Below are positions 27,386-34,955 of a stretch of 41,142 nucleotides of DNA, in pieces. The DNA lies in IMG/VR virus record IMGVR_UViG_3300036793_000090, positions 1-41,142 of that record. One strand, given 5' to 3'. The stretch is from a virus (lineage: Duplodnaviria; Caudoviricetes). Every line of letters starts with the position of its first letter. Position 1 is the stretch's first letter. A program made the position numbers and the translations under genes. Under the pieces are notes generated by a model. That model worked only from the letters and a program-made list of their open reading frames with translations, made no database searches and was not told the DNA's origin.

Positions 27386-27999
27386 AATTTGCCGTCCGGG
27401 TGATGGTCGCAAAGTCCCTTTACGCACGTGCCCTCGAACTCGTGCATTGCATCGGCAAGTGTAGCAGCCTCGATCCTGTGATCCTCGTAGCAGTTAGGAC
27501 TTGAAGCAACAGGAAGCGGGAAAACGTACTCGGCCGTCCCCGGCGGTGTGTCGTCAAGTTGCTGGATCGCGCTGGTTGCGGCTTCCTGGATACGCCTTCG
27601 GGTCAGCTCCACCGCGTTGATGTTCCAGAAGACAGCCGCTGCGTGGTCCTCGCCGTCCTGCACGTCAAAGAAGAAGTTCATGAAGTGACGCCACAGTGCC
27701 TCGGTATGGTGCTTCAGCGTGTCCGGGGCGCAGGAATTCTCCCAGTTGCGGTCACCGTACTTTTCGCCGCCGCGCGTGTACAGCTCCGCGATCCTCACGA
27801 TAAGCTGGTCCGGCATCGGCACGCCCTCGGGGAACATGAGCGTGTACTTCGTCTTGCCGTCCTGCTTATCCCTGACTACGCCGTCAGTATGCTGGGCTCG
27901 CTTGCCGGAATCCCGGGTAAGGAACATGCCGTGGATATTGGCCAGGCGAACTTCCTCGGCAAGTTCTTCCAGGTACTCGCTCTCGCCGTATCCGTACAT
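27376..27999 (-). CDS. dATP/dGTP diphosphohydrolase-like domain protein (DUF5664-like)
   Basis: 'G..RD..DGK..Y.L', 'G.EKYGDRNWE', 'RH', 'EDHAAAVFWN'. Confidence 0.75.
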   Translation of the reverse strand: MYGYGESEYLEELAEEVRLANIHGMFLTRDSGKRAQHTDGVVRDKQDGKTKYTLMFPEGVPMPDQLIVRIAELYTRGGEKYGDRNWENSCAPDTLKHHTEALWRHFMNFFFDVQDGEDHAAAVFWNINAVELTRRRIQEAATSAIQQLDDTPPGTAEYVFPLPVASSPNCYEDHRIEAATLADAMHEFEGTCVKGLCDHHPDGKLWH

Positions 28000-28562
28000 C
28001 AGGAAACCTTCCTCAGGCCGTAGTCGAATGCGTCCGGAGGACGTATCTCCAGCATCTCGCTGACTGTCAGGTTCTTGTCAATATCCTGGTACAGCTCCAG
28101 CGAGTTACTGGGACGGGTTGTTATTATGTAACTGCCGTTCTCCTGCTTAGCGCCGGTAGCGACCAGGGACGCCAGGGTTTCCACGGTCCAGTCCTTATGC
28201 GCGTGAATGGCGTAGTGCGTGTACGAGGCAGAATTATCAGAAATCTTGACGCTGATATAGCAGGAATAACGAGGAGCCTTCCCTATCGGCCCGGACGCGA
28301 TGCTCTTGCTGAATGCAATGTCGCTGTCGGTGAACGACCCGGCGGGAATAGTCTTTCCTTCAAGCCTCTCGATGCGCCTGGAGAGAAAGAACTGCGCTTT
28401 CTTCAGGTCTTCGAGCTGGTCGTTCTTGTCGCGCCTGATGTACTTGAGTACCTGGAACAGGTAGGCGTCCTCGTCAAAGCCCCACGCCTCGGCAACCTTG
28501 ATGACCTCGTACGGGTCATCCTCGCCGCCGTAGTGGGCGGGGTGGTTCACGGCGTCGCTCAC
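27999..28562 (-). CDS. DUF3310-like (T7 gp1.7-related) protein with C-terminal extension
   Basis: 'DAVNHPAHY', 'KYI.R', 'LEDLKKA.F.L'. Confidence 0.8.
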   Translation of the reverse strand: MSDAVNHPAHYGGEDDPYEVIKVAEAWGFDEDAYLFQVLKYIRRDKNDQLEDLKKAQFFLSRRIERLEGKTIPAGSFTDSDIAFSKSIASGPIGKAPRYSCYISVKISDNSASYTHYAIHAHKDWTVETLASLVATGAKQENGSYIITTRPSNSLELYQDIDKNLTVSEMLEIRPPDAFDYGLRKVS

Positions 28563-28732
28563 AGGCCCCCCGACCTCCACTCACCCAGGGATTCTGTCTT
28601 CTTGGTCTCGTAGCGCAGCTTCTCTTGCAGGGCGATCGCAGTCAACTTAGTACAGTTGTCAGCGCCGTAGCCCAGTACCGCGAACGCGTCCCACACAGCG
28701 TCGGCCCAGGCGGCAATCTCTGCTGGAGTCAT
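28559..28732 (-). CDS. Small hypothetical protein (57 aa)
   Basis: MTPAEIAAWADAVWDAF...; ATG 9 nt after ECF-type -10; GTGA coupling downstream. Confidence 0.6.
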   Translation of the reverse strand: MTPAEIAAWADAVWDAFAVLGYGADNCTKLTAIALQEKLRYETKKTESLGEWRSGGL

Positions 28733-28741
28733 AGTCGTCCC

Positions 28742-28767
28742 AACGCCGTTCTCCTGGAGCGTATTCC
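28742..28767 (-). promoter_or_regulatory. ECF sigma (SigR/SigH-like) promoter
   Basis: GGAAT-N18-GTT in the divergent intergenic region. Confidence 0.65.
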
Positions 28768-28810
28768 TGGGTCAGCGTAGACTGAGCTGTACCAGAGACA
28801 GGAGGCCCCG

Positions 28811-28987
28811 GTGGCTGTAGAGGAACCGCTGTTCAGGCTGGAGTTTCGTCCCGCTCCGGAGCCGCCCCCGCCCACGGTGCTCATCCGCAGGAATGGATAC
28901 GACGTGCCGATCGTTATGCCAGAGGACCACGCCTTCGAGCTGTACCTGCTGCTCAAGGCCCACTTTGAGGGAGACGGCAGCAAGTGA
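28811..28987 (+). CDS. Small hypothetical protein (58 aa)
   Basis: GTG after AGGAGG; GTGA coupling to next gene. Confidence 0.6.
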   Translation: MAVEEPLFRLEFRPAPEPPPPTVLIRRNGYDVPIVMPEDHAFELYLLLKAHFEGDGSK

Positions 28988-29328
28988 GCAAGAGGCTTCT
29001 GATGCGCGACGCCGAGTTCATCCGCGTGTTCGCTGAGTTCGGCTTCTCCCACCGCCAGCTCGCGAACGAGTACGGCAGGCACCCTGACACCATCCGCAAC
29101 ATCCTGCACTACACGAGCCACGACCCCGCGCGCACCCGCGAGAGCAGGCGCAACAAGAACCGGAAACTGGCAGACGAGCACGTTCTCCACGTCAGGGAGT
29201 GGACAACGACCTGCAACTTCGGAGAGCAGAAAATCTCCCGGCTGCTCAGGGAAACTTTCGGCGTAGAGGTGTCCAGGTCCACCGTGCGCCAGGTTATGCA
29301 GGGACTTACCTACCAGGACGTACGGTAG
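28984..29328 (+). CDS. Helix-turn-helix DNA-binding protein
   Basis: Two HTH-like segments 'SHRQLANEYGRHPDTIRNIL' and 'KISRLL..FGVEVSRSTVRQV'. Confidence 0.7.
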   Translation: MSKRLLMRDAEFIRVFAEFGFSHRQLANEYGRHPDTIRNILHYTSHDPARTRESRRNKNRKLADEHVLHVREWTTTCNFGEQKISRLLRETFGVEVSRSTVRQVMQGLTYQDVR

Positions 29329-29756
29329 TGGCCGCTAAGTGGATCGAGAGCGCAGAGCGCAACACCTCCTGTTCCCGCTGTCATGCTCAGATCGTCATCG
29401 GCCAGCGGTTCTACTACCAGCGCCGTGGCACCTACCTGTGCGAGCTGTGTGGTTCGCTGGCCGAGCACGAGGTGCCGGAGGTAGGCGAGATCGAGGCGGG
29501 GGTACTGGCTGACCTTGCCGGGCTGCCTCCGGAGGCGTCCGAGCGCACGATAGCCAAGCTGGCTCTCCACAATGCCCGCCGGATTGACAGCGGAGACGTG
29601 TCCGACCGTGATATTGCCCCGCTGGACAAGGAACTCCGGCAGATGGTCGCCCAGCTCAAGCTCGACTTTCCCCCTGAGCCCGAGGACGACGCTACTGAAA
29701 CTAGCCGCAAGCGCAGGGCAAGGCTGCTTATGATGGACGGAGAAATGGAGGACTAG
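29328..29756 (+). CDS. Putative terminase small subunit with N-terminal Zn finger
   Basis: 'IAKLAL..ARRID.G....APL.KELRQ' resembles actinophage small terminases; CxxC pairs; upstream of terL. Confidence 0.55.
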   Translation: MAAKWIESAERNTSCSRCHAQIVIGQRFYYQRRGTYLCELCGSLAEHEVPEVGEIEAGVLADLAGLPPEASERTIAKLALHNARRIDSGDVSDRDIAPLDKELRQMVAQLKLDFPPEPEDDATETSRKRRARLLMMDGEMED

Positions 29757-30040
29757 TGAAAACGGTCTACGCACCCCTGTTCGGGGTTCCCTCGGAAGCT
29801 GCCGGCAGCCCGAAGATCCTGGACTACGAAATCATGAGGCGGCGAAGCGCCGTTCGCCTCTACCTGAAAGTGAAGGTGAACCTGCCGTCCGCACTCGAAC
29901 TCGCTGACGCTTCTGCTTACCCAGAGGGGGTTAAGCTCGGTATCAGGAAGCAGATCGCGAACGACCAGGAAGTCACCCTGGAGCAGATACGAATTCTCCT
30001 CGGCTGGGCAGCCCGCAGGGCACAGCACACGGGGCGCTGA
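29756..30040 (+). CDS. Hypothetical protein
   Basis: Coupled to upstream stop. Confidence 0.55.
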   Translation: MKTVYAPLFGVPSEAAGSPKILDYEIMRRRSAVRLYLKVKVNLPSALELADASAYPEGVKLGIRKQIANDQEVTLEQIRILLGWAARRAQHTGR

Positions 30041-30043
30041 GAG

Positions 30044-30250
30044 ATGGCGAAGTACCCGGGCGGCCTGAAATCTGAGGCAAAGCTCGCAATCAGCCTAGGC
30101 TGGAAACTGGTAAAAGCCGGCAGCGGCCATATGAAGTGGTACGACCCCCAGGGGATACTAAGGATCGTTACCTCGATGACGCCTAACGGGAACAGACGCG
30201 GAATACTCAACGCCAAGGCGGACCTGAAGCGATTCGGAGTAATACCATGA
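30044..30250 (+). CDS. HicA-like toxin (mRNA interferase fold)
   Basis: 'LGWKLVKAGSGHMKW..P.G...V....TP', 68 aa. Confidence 0.65.
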   Translation: MAKYPGGLKSEAKLAISLGWKLVKAGSGHMKWYDPQGILRIVTSMTPNGNRRGILNAKADLKRFGVIP

Positions 30251-30492
30251 AGAAGCTGTCCCCTGGCACGGCCGGCTGGCTTTCGGTGGGTGCGGTCGTA
30301 GTCGCCGCCGAGCTGCTAGACACGAAGACCATGAGCGAGGCATTCCGCGAGGCGTCCAGGCACCCGGTAGCAGGCCCCGTCGTAGTCACCACGTGGGTAG
30401 TCCTCAGCGCTCACCTGCTCGGTATTCTTCCCCCTAAGTACGATCCTTTCCGGCGAGTCACTAGTCACATGAGCAGGAGCCGCAGGTCTTAA
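30247..30492 (+). CDS. Small membrane protein
   Basis: Two hydrophobic segments; 'MSEAF...HP', 'HL....P..DPF'. Confidence 0.65.
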   Translation: MKKLSPGTAGWLSVGAVVVAAELLDTKTMSEAFREASRHPVAGPVVVTTWVVLSAHLLGILPPKYDPFRRVTSHMSRSRRS

Positions 30493-30944
30493 TGGCACGA
30501 GGCAAGCTGTGGACGCAGGAAGAAACCGACCTTGTTCTCAATAACCCGGATATCTCGGTTAGCGTACTCGCGGAAAAGCTGGGCCGTTCGTATTACGCTG
30601 TAAGTAAGGTGCGCTGGCGCGCTGCTAATCCTGCCAATAAGAAGAAGAACACTGATGACTTCGACCTGCGCCCGTCCGGCTGGTACGCGGAGACAATAGG
30701 CACGCTCCTGCTGCACTACCAGGACGCTTACGCCACATGGAAGCACTTCCACAGGTACGTGGAGGTAAAGCACGTGGACACCGACGACCTCGGGTGGACC
30801 AAGCTGCTGTGCAGGAGAGACGCGGATGCCCCGTTATATAGAGAACCGGGAAACTTACCCGGACGGCCTGTTCTTCGACCTGCCGAAAAAGGACGACTAC
30901 GACATCAAGGTAAAGCCTCTTCCGTACAGCCCCGCCGAGCCTGA
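30492..30944 (+). CDS. Hypothetical protein with N-terminal HTH; functional end may be near 30836
   Basis: 'WTQEE...LAEKLGRSYYAV'; last ~40 codons overlap the next gene. Confidence 0.6.
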   Translation: MARGKLWTQEETDLVLNNPDISVSVLAEKLGRSYYAVSKVRWRAANPANKKKNTDDFDLRPSGWYAETIGTLLLHYQDAYATWKHFHRYVEVKHVDTDDLGWTKLLCRRDADAPLYREPGNLPGRPVLRPAEKGRLRHQGKASSVQPRRA

Positions 30945-31131
30945 GCAGTTCTACTGGCACCTGTTCTTCAAGGGCGATAAGGTGAACGGCGGCCTGTGCA
31001 CTTCCGAGGGCGAGGCCATGAACCGGGCGAGTCAGTACAAGTACGATCACCACCGGGTCCTGTTCCTGGAGAAGTACGTATTCGACCAGGAGACCGCCGG
31101 CTGGATTCCACGGAGTTCCCTGAATATCTAG
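30826..31131 (+). CDS. Hypothetical protein
   Basis: RBS AGGAG; strong GC3 bias. Confidence 0.65.
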   Translation: MPRYIENRETYPDGLFFDLPKKDDYDIKVKPLPYSPAEPEQFYWHLFFKGDKVNGGLCTSEGEAMNRASQYKYDHHRVLFLEKYVFDQETAGWIPRSSLNI

Positions 31132-31150
31132 CTGTGCTACTATACAATGT

Positions 31151-32824
31151 ATGGTTGCCGTTGCTATCGACTACGAAGAGGAAATCTTCGGAAACCAGAT
31201 GCCTCGGCTGTGGACAGCGCCGGACAGGCACCGGGATGAAACTGACGGCTGCAAGTCGTGTGCGATATCAGACGACGGCCTTGGCGGGATAGGCTGCGGC
31301 AATTACCTAGCCACGGAAATGCTCGACTGGGCTCGGGGATTCGGGTACAAGGCCGACCCGTGGCAGGAATGGGTCATGCGGGAAGCCTGCGGCACGCGGC
31401 CTGACGGCAAGTGGGCTAGCTTTGAGAATGACCTTATCGTTAGCCGGCAGAACGGAAAGGGCACGATCCTCGAAATCCGCGAGCTGGCGGGCATGTTCGT
31501 CTTGGGCGAGGAACTGATCATCCATACCGCCCACGAGCTGAAGACCGCGCAGGAGCACTTCCGCCGCGTCGTGTCCACGGTCGAGAACTATCCCGCGCTG
31601 TCGCGCCGCCTCAAGGGCAAGCCGCGTGCGTCCCACGGTGAAGAAGCGATCGAGCTGATATCCGAGCCGACACTTATCTTCGGCTCCGGACGCAGGCGCA
31701 TGTACAAGAAGGTCGGCCCGCGACTCCGCTTCCTGGCCCGCTCGCGCGGTAGCGCCCGTGGATTCACCTGCAACTGCCTGATCTACGACGAGGCGATGAT
31801 CCTCTCGGCTGAGGCGGTCGGCGCATCCATGCCCACGATGGCCGCCGTGCCCAACTCCCAGATGTGGCTCACCGGCTCGGCCGGCCTGGAAGACTCTGAG
31901 CAGCTTGCGCGCTCGCGCCGCCGTATCGTGCACAACACCAAAGACCTGTTCGGCGCTGAGTGGTCGGTACGGCCTCACCTGGTTACCTGCCCCGTAGACC
32001 GCGAGAACGGCCGGACTACGAACAACTACGTCGTGTGCGAGGAGCACGACGACCGCGACGACCCGGTTGCATGGGCTAAGGCGAATCCCGCGTTCGGCTA
32101 CCGGCTGTCGGCAGAGTTCACCAAGAACGAGATGGCGACGCTGGCGACCGTAGAATTCGACCGCGAGCGGCTGGGCGTCGGCCAGTGGCCTGCGGAAGAC
32201 GAGGCGTGGCGCGTCGTGTCAGAAGACTTGTTTAAGTCTTTGACACTGGAGAACCCCGGCAACATCCCGGCTGGCGGCCAGCTCGCCTTTGCCCTGGACG
32301 TCGATGAGGGCGGCGCTAACTCCACGATCGCGGTGAGCTGGACCCACAAGGACGGCTGCCTGGTCATGGAGATCCCGAAGAACTGCTCGCGGCCGGGCAC
32401 CGACTGGGTAGTTGACCGCCTGGAAGAACTCGTGAAGAAGTACCACCCGCTGGCGATCGTGGCACCGAGGAACGGTCCAGCGGCCGGCCTCGGTGACGAC
32501 CTGGAGAAGCTGTGGCCCAAGCACCACAAGTTCGGCTCCCGCCTGATCCGCACCGGCCCTGCCGACGAGGCTGCGGCGTTCGCCTGGTTCGTACAGCAGT
32601 GCAAGAGCGAGAACAAGCCCCTGAGGCACCTGGGCGAGAAGAAGGGGTACAAGCTCTGGCACGCCGTGGGAACGGCTGAGAAGCGCGTTGTGGGCGACGG
32701 AGGGGAAACCTGGAGCCGCCGGGACAGTACCACCGACATCACGCCGGCTACGGCATGCAACCTCGCGGCATGGGGACTGAACAAGAAGCGCAGGAACTAC
32801 GACCTGCTTGCATCGGTTCGCTAG
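31151..32824 (+). CDS. terL: Terminase large subunit
   Basis: 'PWQ', Walker A 'SRQNGKG', Walker B 'LIYDEA', 'WAKANPA', 'FDRERLG'; leaderless after TGnTACTAT. Confidence 0.95.
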   Translation: MVAVAIDYEEEIFGNQMPRLWTAPDRHRDETDGCKSCAISDDGLGGIGCGNYLATEMLDWARGFGYKADPWQEWVMREACGTRPDGKWASFENDLIVSRQNGKGTILEIRELAGMFVLGEELIIHTAHELKTAQEHFRRVVSTVENYPALSRRLKGKPRASHGEEAIELISEPTLIFGSGRRRMYKKVGPRLRFLARSRGSARGFTCNCLIYDEAMILSAEAVGASMPTMAAVPNSQMWLTGSAGLEDSEQLARSRRRIVHNTKDLFGAEWSVRPHLVTCPVDRENGRTTNNYVVCEEHDDRDDPVAWAKANPAFGYRLSAEFTKNEMATLATVEFDRERLGVGQWPAEDEAWRVVSEDLFKSLTLENPGNIPAGGQLAFALDVDEGGANSTIAVSWTHKDGCLVMEIPKNCSRPGTDWVVDRLEELVKKYHPLAIVAPRNGPAAGLGDDLEKLWPKHHKFGSRLIRTGPADEAAAFAWFVQQCKSENKPLRHLGEKKGYKLWHAVGTAEKRVVGDGGETWSRRDSTTDITPATACNLAAWGLNKKRRNYDLLASVR

Positions 32825-32997
32825 GAAAAATAACGGCCTGTGTCCTTATACAGGAGCTTCTTCATGTGCTTGCGCTTGTAATAGACACGGATAAGGTTTG
32901 AGCTAAACCCTCTGCTGACGGTTATCTTCGTCCCGTCAAGATCGTCCAGTAGCAAGTGAATGTTCCGAGCCGGGATGGACTTCACTACGGTAGCCAT
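32821..32997 (-). CDS. Small basic hypothetical protein (58 aa)
   Basis: MATVVKSIPARNIHLL...; ATG 9 nt after ECF-type -10. Confidence 0.55.
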   Translation of the reverse strand: MATVVKSIPARNIHLLLDDLDGTKITVSRGFSSNLIRVYYKRKHMKKLLYKDTGRYFS

Positions 32998-33006
32998 ATC
33001 AGTAGT

Positions 33007-33032
33007 AACTAGCGTTCGTAGTCAGCTATTCC
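33007..33032 (-). promoter_or_regulatory. ECF sigma (SigR/SigH-like) promoter
   Basis: GGAAT-N18-GTT. Confidence 0.65.
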
Positions 33033-33035
33033 CTA

Positions 33036-33116
33036 GGTGGAGCTGCACGGAATCGAACCGTGGTCCGGGTGGTCTCCGCATGCGGCCTCACTCACCAGTC
33101 GAAACCTTCCAGCCCC
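33036..33116 (-). ncRNA. Miniature tmRNA-like RNA (tRNA-like domain only, no tag ORF)
   Basis: 5' GGGGCUGGAAGGUUUCGAC and 3' GGAC-CACGG-UUCGAUU-CCGUG-CAGCUCC-ACC; G3.U70; only ~30 nt between the ends. Confidence 0.85.
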
Positions 33117-33139
33117 TCAACCCACAGTGGTGAGCTTCG

Positions 33140-33208
33140 TAGTCCTACCGAGAGTCGAACTCGGACGCCGCATTTAGGGGACGCAGGTACAGGTCCGCTG
33201 TCAGGACT
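33140..33208 (-). tRNA. tRNA-Arg(CCU), non-canonical
   Basis: Acceptor AGUCCUG/UAGGACU; 6-bp anticodon stem, loop CC-CCU-AA; tiny D arm. Confidence 0.6.
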
Positions 33209-33209
33209 A

Positions 33210-33283
33210 TGGACGGAGATATCGGATTCGAACCGATGTGACGAGGGTTGCAATCTCGTACCTAGCCTCTCGGACAATCTCCG
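33210..33283 (-). tRNA. tRNA-Cys(GCA)
   Basis: Loop UU-GCA-AC; U73; encoded CCA. Confidence 0.85.
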
Positions 33284-33289
33284 TAAAGT

Positions 33290-33356
33290 ACGCTCGTCGG
33301 GAGTCGAACCCGATATGCATCCTTCGAAGGGATGCAGACCCGTCCGGGGACGAGCG
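33290..33356 (-). tRNA. tRNA-Arg(UCG), non-canonical
   Basis: Acceptor CGCUCGU/ACGAGCG; 7-bp anticodon stem, loop CU-UCG-AA; tiny D arm. Confidence 0.65.
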
Positions 33357-33361
33357 TAAAG

Positions 33362-33438
33362 TACTGGCAGCAGGAGTCGAACCTACACAGCCGAAGCGAC
33401 AGATTTACAGTCTGCGATGATCGCCAATTCGTACCAGC
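33362..33438 (-). tRNA. tRNA-Tyr(GUA)
   Basis: Loop CU-GUA-AA; variable arm; weak D stem. Confidence 0.8.
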
Positions 33439-33439
33439 A

Positions 33440-33515
33440 TGGAGGGTCGTGCGGGATTCGAACCCGCCAATAACAGCTTCACGGACTGCTTCCTCAGCCA
33501 CTTGGATCACGACCC
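33440..33515 (-). tRNA. tRNA-His(GUG)
   Basis: Loop CC-GUG-AA; encoded CCA; lacks G-1:C73. Confidence 0.75.
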
Positions 33516-33588
33516 GGTACCTAATGAAGGAATCGAACCTTCATCCTCGCTTTGTAAGAGCGTCACTCTCCCATTGAGCTAATCAGGC
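33516..33588 (-). tRNA. tRNA-Val(UAC)
   Basis: Loop CU-UAC-AA. Confidence 0.9.
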
Positions 33589-33635
33589 TTGGAAGGCCCC
33601 GGTGCTTACCCTCTATAGCAGCGGCCAGGGCCTTG

Positions 33636-33709
33636 TATCGCCTAAGGGACTCGAACCCCTACTCTCCTGGTTCGTAGCCAGGTGCATTATTCCATTCTGC
33701 TAAGGCGAC
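33636..33709 (-). tRNA. tRNA-Arg(ACG)
   Basis: Loop CU-ACG-AA. Confidence 0.9.
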
Positions 33710-33710
33710 G

Positions 33711-33783
33711 CGGTGCGTACCGGATTTGAACCGGCGGCTTCTGCCGTGACAGGGCAGCACTCTGACCACTGAGTTAACACACC
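33711..33783 (-). tRNA. tRNA-Asp(GUC)
   Basis: Loop CU-GUC-AC; G73. Confidence 0.9.
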
Positions 33784-33834
33784 TTGGTCTGGGTATTTTT
33801 TAGTATTTGGCCTCGCGCCCCCAGCGGCGCTGTG

Positions 33835-33906
33835 CTCTCGTACCTGGATTCGAACCAAGGACGCGTTGGTTAACGGCCAACCGCTCTACCTCTGAGCTAT
33901 ACGAGA
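33835..33906 (-). tRNA. tRNA-Asn(GUU)
   Basis: Loop CC-GUU-AA; G73. Confidence 0.9.
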
Positions 33907-33939
33907 ATGGTGGCCTTTTAACGTCCTGCCCGGGACGAG

Positions 33940-34012
33940 TGGCGGGGCTGGGAATCGAACCCAGAATCTCCAGGCTTATGAGGCCGGTAACTTACCGTTT
34001 GTCCACCCCGCA
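33940..34012 (-). tRNA. tRNA-Met(CAU), initiator-like
   Basis: Loop CU-CAU-AA; 1:72 mismatch; A11-U24. Confidence 0.8.
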
Positions 34013-34013
34013 G

Positions 34014-34085
34014 TAGTCCCACAGGGAGTCGAACCCTGTTCCTGAGAGTGAAAATCTCAGATCCTAACCCATAGACGATGGGACC
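34014..34085 (-). tRNA. tRNA-Glu(UUC)
   Basis: Loop UU-UUC-AC. Confidence 0.9.
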
Positions 34086-34105
34086 TTTGTTCTTACATTG
34101 TAGCG

Positions 34106-34179
34106 TGCTCCGTATCGGATTCGAACCGATGATCTCGCTGGCTGAGAACCAGGAATCCTGACCGCTAGACCAACGGAGC
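34106..34179 (-). tRNA. tRNA-Glu(CUC)
   Basis: Loop UU-CUC-AG. Confidence 0.85.
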
Positions 34180-34326
34180 ATAAGTGACAGCTTTTCCCGT
34201 TTACTGGCGCTGGGCGGCGCTCCGAACGTGACTAAGGAGTAGGTTTAAGGGACTTACGATCGCATTACGGCAGGGCTAGCCTGCGGCGGTACACGTTCCC
34301 AAGTATCAGCCCTGCTGTCAACCTCG

Positions 34327-34402
34327 TAACGACGGTGGGATTCGAACCCACGAGTTTGCCGGATTATGAGCCCGGTCGCTTAGACCACTTGCATACGTCG
34401 CA
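34327..34402 (-). tRNA. tRNA-Met(CAU)
   Basis: Loop CU-CAU-AA; U1.U72 mismatch; initiator vs elongator unclear. Confidence 0.8.
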
Positions 34403-34403
34403 G

Positions 34404-34475
34404 TGCCTCCCGAAGGATTCGAACCCTCAGCTCGCGGGGTAAAAGCCCTGGATGTTGCCATTACACCAGAGAGGC
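34404..34475 (-). tRNA. tRNA-Lys(UUU)
   Basis: Loop CU-UUU-AC; imperfect anticodon stem. Confidence 0.8.
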
Positions 34476-34476
34476 G

Positions 34477-34550
34477 TAAGCTCGGCGGGAATCGAACCCA
34501 GCTACCACCCGCTTATAAGACGGGCGCACATACCAGCGTGCTTCGAGCTA
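34477..34550 (-). tRNA. tRNA-Ile(UAU)
   Basis: Loop CU-UAU-AA. Confidence 0.75.
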
Positions 34551-34551
34551 G

Positions 34552-34624
34552 TACCGACTCTGAGAATCGAACTCAGCGCAGTGACCTTATCAGAGTCACC
34601 GTATCGACCAGATATCCAATCGGC
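34552..34624 (-). tRNA. tRNA-Ile(GAU)
   Basis: Loop CU-GAU-AA. Confidence 0.8.
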
Positions 34625-34632
34625 TTGTAAAG

Positions 34633-34716
34633 CGGAAGGCAGAGGTGTCGAGCCCCCAGGGGTTGCCCCCTGTACTCGCTTTCGAGGCGAGGTGCAGCGC
34701 CGGCCGCATGCCCCCC
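34633..34716 (-). tRNA. tRNA-Ser(CGA), 8/4 fold
   Basis: Loop CU-CGA-AA; long variable arm; 8-bp acceptor, 4-bp T stem. Confidence 0.75.
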
Positions 34717-34815
34717 ATTTGCAGCTACTGGTTGAACTCCCCAGTCTTTCCAGCTTCGGTTAGGCGAGCCCCGGTTTATTAGGATCGCGCACACCAGGCC
34801 GCTGCCGTGCCTGAG

Positions 34816-34904
34816 AGGATGATGCGAGAGTCGAACTCGCGAGGAGGCGTAAACCCCCTACCAACTTTCCAAGCTGGCGCAATAGGCCACTATGCGAATC
34901 ATCC
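34816..34904 (-). tRNA. tRNA-Ser(GGA)
   Basis: Loop UU-GGA-AA; long variable arm. Confidence 0.9.
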
Positions 34905-34955
34905 ATGCCGGGCCTGGCTTCCGGTGGACCCAATTTGGGAGCCTGCCAGGCCCCG

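Noticed and set aside
27376-28562. Z-base (2-aminoadenine) genome pathway
   Set aside because: Only DUF5664- and DUF3310-like genes are present; no PurZ-like gene in the window.
33140-33208. Pyrrolysine/amber suppressor tRNA(CUA)
   Set aside because: Stem pairing centres the loop on CCU, not CUA; TAG is used as a normal stop in this window.
33908-33939. Pistol ribozyme (stem followed by ACGUUAAA)
   Set aside because: Only the first hairpin resembles it; no P2/P3 or full pseudoknot partner follows.
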